64,000 bases of DNA from an uncultured Candidatus Saccharibacteria bacterium (GTDB taxonomy: Bacteria; Patescibacteriota; Minisyncoccia; Phycocordibacterales; UBA6065): contig CAYJCZ010000004.1 in NCBI GenBank assembly GCA_964368835.1, positions 59,385 to 123,384 of the forward strand. Reading direction: 5' to 3'. Positions within the stretch are counted from its first letter, which is position 1. Every line of letters begins with the position of its first letter. Below the pieces are notes generated by a model. That model had not been told where the DNA came from. It worked only from the letters and a program-made list of their open reading frames with translations, and ran no database searches. Positions 61,101-64,000 of this stretch are shown here, piece after piece. The position numbers and the translations under genes are program-made.

Positions 61101-64000
61101 CCCTGGATAATATTATTTTGAAATGGGTCGTAAATTGATGTACCGGTGTTGTAGTTACCATGAGCAATCATGTACTTACCAGATGGCAAAGGTATTACGA
61201 ACGCGCCTCGTCCTGCAACACCCATAAGTGGTGGGCCGTAGCTAAAGGTATTTGTGATTGGGTCATAGATGTTAGTTGTAGTCGTTGCAGTACCAGATGA
61301 GTTACCAAGCACAATGAGGAATTTACCGTCGGGTCGTTTGAATGCAAGCGCTCCTACACCTATTGGTGCTGTTGTTGTTGAACTTAGGTTGGTTATAGTT
61401 TCAGTCTCTGGATCATAGAGCTGCGCATTTCCGAACACAGTCGTAGTTGCACCAGCAAGGATCACAAACTTACCGTCAGGGCGCCTCATTACAATCGATG
61501 ATGATGCGACACCGAAGTTAAGTTCTGTTGAAGTCGCAAAGTTACCGTTGTAATACGCCTGATTTACACCGTTTGCGTTAGTAAAGTACTCCGCATTAGT
61601 TACATTTGAGAATGCGAGCCCTACACCATCAGTCTTAATCTGAAGATTAACAAGTGTTGGAACTGATGATGTCGCAGAGCTTGTTGAATTTACGTTTGTC
61701 GCAAAATCGAGGAAGTTTCGCTTGTAGAGTGAGCCGTTGTCAACCATTATGTCATACAATGTTGGATCAAGAGAGTTTCTACGATAACGAGTCTGTCCTG
61801 ATTTTCTGATATTCCATTCCTGTTCATAGAACTTTGGAAGCGCTCGCTTCATAAATACCTTAATCTGAACTCGATCATCAGTTGAAAGATCCATCTTTAT
61901 GGTGTCACCGCTTTTCTGCACAGTTTTATAATCACCAGAACATGATCCTGTGCCTGTCTTAACTTGGAATGCAAATATACCTTCATTTGAAGTTCTCCAA
62001 GCGAGTGAAGACTGAGGATTAAGACCGGTTGCAACCATACACTCAGTTTCGTAGCTTGCGAGTCGCGCATTATCAGTTGAACTATCACCTCCCATCACAT
62101 AACCCATATCGTAGTTATCAACCGCAGTACCGCCTCCCCGCAAAACTGCGTACTGACCGTTTGGTCTCATAAATGCAACCGCACCTGAACCTATCGTACC
62201 GGTTGGCAAGCTAGGACCAGCAGTGAATTGTGTGTTATCTGATTTTGAAGGATCAATAATATTTGTTGTAGCAGAACCACCAATAAGAAGGAGGTACTTA
62301 CCATCCTGTCTCCACATAGTTTGAGAATCAGCACCAAGTACCACAGTTGGACCAAATCCTGCTCCTGATTGTGCCGTCATTGTTCCTGAACCCTTGTTTG
62401 TAGTCGATGCAGTTTCAGAAGGGTCGTAAATCGATGATGTGTTTACTGCTCCACCCATGACTATGAATTTACCGTCCTGTCGTCGAATAGAAAATGCTCC
62501 GGCGCTAATCGTTGGTGCGTTTGATGTAATTGGGTTCGTCTCTCTCCATGCAAGAGTGGTAGATGCTACGAATGGATTGTAAAGATAATGTGTTGTTGAC
62601 CCACCTCCAAGGAAGACAAGGAATGTTCCATTGTCTCTCTGAATTGCGTGTGCTCCAGCTGCCCATGTTCCCACTACAGGACCCGCAGTTAAGGCATTTG
62701 TAGTCGGGTTATAGAGGTACGTGTTAGTTACACCTCCGCACAAAATCACATATATACCGTCTTGTCTCTGGAATGCATTAGTACCTGTAGTACAAGCTGC
62801 AAACGTAGGTCCGTTTTGAGATGGCATAACACCGGTCGGATCAAGGAGTGTTGATGTAGTTAAACCTCCTCCGTGAATAACCAAATATCGTCCATCAGTC
62901 CTTCGAAGTGAAATAGAACCTGCCCCCGCATTTCCTGTAAGTGTTACCCCCATACCTGTAATTGGGTTTGCGAGGGCTGACATTGTTGCAGACTCACCAT
63001 CCCAAAGTGAAACTACTCTGCCTCCACCATTAATAACAACATACTTTCCATCTTCTCGAAGGATTACATGTCCACCTGCACCCATTGCTGTGCCAGTTGT
63101 TGTAGCTGCCGGTGCTGTATAAGTACCCTGACCAGAACCAGGAATTGTTCCCTCACTGATATCAAGATTGTTATTTGATGACACCACGTTGGTAAGCGTC
63201 GAACCTGTTACAGAGAAATCTGTTGATTTAGTTGTACCTGTTGTCGTCTTTACAAGGTCATTTGTTGTAGCGGAAATTGTTACTCCACCATTGTTATTTA
63301 CGGTGAACTTATCCGTTCCACCTTGCTGAAGTGCAAGGAGTGCACCTGCTCCATCGTTGTTAAATACTGCCGCAGTACCACTTGTTGTTGTAGAAATTTT
63401 GAATGCGGTTGTTGCTGAAGATGAAGTGCCAATGTACAAGCCATCATTAAAGTAAGCATCGCCGGTTGTAGTTGCGCCTCCGTTTATTGTGAGTCCACCA
63501 TTCTGAAGACTGTTTCCAATGGTTGATGAAGCGTTTACAACAATTCCTATGGTTGTTGTTGGAGCGAGATATCCATCAGTAATTTCCCATGACTTACCAA
63601 ATGTTGCTCCACCACCGCCACCTCCGCAGGCACCGCCTGATCCAGAAACATTTCCTGATGCATCGATCTGGAGACACTGGCTTGATCCGCCGATGCCAGA
63701 GATAACGAGATTTGTTGTCGACGCTGTTGTTGCGGTAATAGCTGTGGTAGATGCGTATGGAAGATTTGATGCGGTTGTAGTTGTAGCGGTAAAGTATGCA
63801 GCTACGATTTGTCCTGTTACAGAAAGTTTTGCATACGGTGATGTTGTTCCAATACCTACCGCGAGATTCTTTACCCCACCCGATCCGTCTGACTGTCCAA
63901 ATACTGTGAGGAGCGCATTGCCATCGATCGCTGCGATGTAGCTCTCAATTGTATTGTCTGAAGCAGCTGCAGTGACCGGCATATCTACCCATGTGACTAC
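58109..64000 (-). CDS. Giant repeat-rich surface protein (beta-propeller-like RxDGxF/Y repeats, Thr/Gly-rich beta regions, Pro/Glu/Thr-rich C-terminal tail); N-terminus outside window
   Basis: Open frame across the whole 5.9 kb, at least 1,957 aa. At least 12 repeats of R(P/Q)DGK(F/Y)L(V/I)..G.. and a tail PEPTPPVIEEAPQEAPQEPAPTESTSSESTES. Confidence 0.8.
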   Translation of the reverse strand, partial: VVTWVDMPVTAAASDNTIESYIAAIDGNALLTVFGQSDGSGGVKNLAVGIGTTSPYAKLSVTGQIVAAYFTATTTTASNLPYASTTAITATTASTTNLVISGIGGSSQCLQIDASGNVSGSGGACGGGGGGATFGKSWEITDGYLAPTTTIGIVVNASSTIGNSLQNGGLTINGGATTTGDAYFNDGLYIGTSSSATTAFKISTTTSGTAAVFNNDGAGALLALQQGGTDKFTVNNNGGVTISATTNDLVKTTTGTTKSTDFSVTGSTLTNVVSSNNNLDISEGTIPGSGQGTYTAPAATTTGTAMGAGGHVILREDGKYVVINGGGRVVSLWDGESATMSALANPITGMGVTLTGNAGAGSISLRRTDGRYLVIHGGGLTTSTLLDPTGVMPSQNGPTFAACTTGTNAFQRQDGIYVILCGGVTNTYLYNPTTNALTAGPVVGTWAAGAHAIQRDNGTFLVFLGGGSTTHYLYNPFVASTTLAWRETNPITSNAPTISAGAFSIRRQDGKFIVMGGAVNTSSIYDPSETASTTNKGSGTMTAQSGAGFGPTVVLGADSQTMWRQDGKYLLLIGGSATTNIIDPSKSDNTQFTAGPSLPTGTIGSGAVAFMRPNGQYAVLRGGGTAVDNYDMGYVMGGDSSTDNARLASYETECMVATGLNPQSSLAWRTSNEGIFAFQVKTGTGSCSGDYKTVQKSGDTIKMDLSTDDRVQIKVFMKRALPKFYEQEWNIRKSGQTRYRRNSLDPTLYDIMVDNGSLYKRNFLDFATNVNSTSSATSSVPTLVNLQIKTDGVGLAFSNVTNAEYFTNANGVNQAYYNGNFATSTELNFGVASSSIVMRRPDGKFVILAGATTTVFGNAQLYDPETETITNLSSTTTAPIGVGALAFKRPDGKFLIVLGNSSGTATTTTNIYDPITNTFSYGPPLMGVAGRGAFVIPLPSGKYMIAHGNYNTGTSIYDPFQNNIIQGPPSTVTIGQGSLALPRPDGTFLVIPGTSNDTCTLQTATALFDPVAMQFKTNPNTVMTNGTGPGAFAFQRADGMYVIYKGGATVTTCNALFTTNIYNPYTNRMIVGPTIPGVAPGNGIQTKPEGSFAMPMANGSWLVMIGGASTTKSNIYLEQAGVEQGVTEDIPFGGQQGVFLAGGPYGPTTIATSTMAYNKTGLGPNTAYMGVGPGSIAFQRPDGKFFLITGAASSTASSTMTSKVDAGWVASGIYRSEQINITDLDENSVLNWKVTPAFKGVSAEVRTASTQAGLQNAVARPISGPGQKINPSVGDVWLQVTFNFKREFPSYTGVYTDVWYNGASPVQTKRELASPVLTEVSVTKDVDFVNLQADGLTMLRISSNGNVYAAEGATFNSSGADLAERYRSQVELKPGEVVAIDPQNNHGVQKTVYRYQPNAIGVVSTDPGFVAGAYTEDSYPIALIGRVPVKVSTENGIIRQGDYLAPSSVPGHAMKATVAGHVIGKALESLDVNSLEDCPEAGVAVAGRKCGTIMMFVNLVDYLGSSVDENLTAYKENRIPSQPYGVAAEEISTTTTATTTTATSTLTGRDGEILSYLEDLKGNRGMEASSRSELFADRGSFITEVISPTIISRILRSDAVEGMTMTAKTLTTTDLTTQTLKATSIDLTPSESGFFRMYGTKQTASVIDSFATTTEAGTTTVDVMGTTTESFLAVSFDNKGNGLFAGTLTSDAFETKRLTVYGTTTSSGLIVDTIASASTTIQILGDVSFFGRPYFTTDTAGAALIRKGDKRVEIVFDREYLETPIVSATIALDNASTSEALEEAIFQNGIAFLVSRKTTGGFSIVLNKPAPEDMTFNWMALMVKGSKLFTSRIDGVEVPVTDVVVTDNATTTPSVVPTTTPTVLPFEDGLVIPPVTETSTSTATTTNDGGSGPSTDTATSTGQVIEDPILPPAPQDEEVVVTEPEPTPPVIEEAPQEAPQEPAPTESTSSESTESTPSETSGG

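Overview
The window is a 64 kb chromosomal segment with roughly 40% GC in which almost every gene lies on the minus strand. It looks like a reduced-genome bacterium of the Patescibacteria (Candidate Phyla Radiation) type; that assignment is inference from gene content and architecture. Core genes read from the sequence are infA (partial), alaS (lacking the C-Ala domain), leuS, mnmA, a Y-family polymerase with a umuD-like gene, ddl, uvrC, uvrA, uvrB, tgt, rpoD, dnaG, rpoC, rpoB, zwf, ychF, pepF, a tRNA-Ala(UGC), and a DNA-repair cluster (family-4 UDG, MGMT, a 4-Cys PD-(D/E)XK nuclease, an ATP-cone restriction-endonuclease-like protein). At the 3' end are cohesin-like and dockerin-bearing secreted proteins and a giant repeat-rich surface protein of more than 1,957 aa that runs off the window. 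The most unusual locus is at 3188-6031: a GC-richer gene encoding an IS110-family-like protein (clear HhH Transposase_20 signature) whose DEDD and Ser catalytic positions appear substituted and which carries a C-terminal extension of about 100 aa. Directly 5' of it is a 1.4 kb noncoding stretch of quasi-periodic, mutually distinct perfect hairpins and degenerate repeat units, possibly a tandem set of bridge-RNA-like guides or REP-like targets; this is inference only. Other notable items are a LeuS carrying an inserted YdeN/RBBP9-type serine-hydrolase domain, a UmuD-like protein with the nucleophile Ser replaced by Ala, plus-strand promoter/terminator pairs defining candidate sRNAs in an otherwise minus-strand region, and several GC-rich structured noncoding islands.
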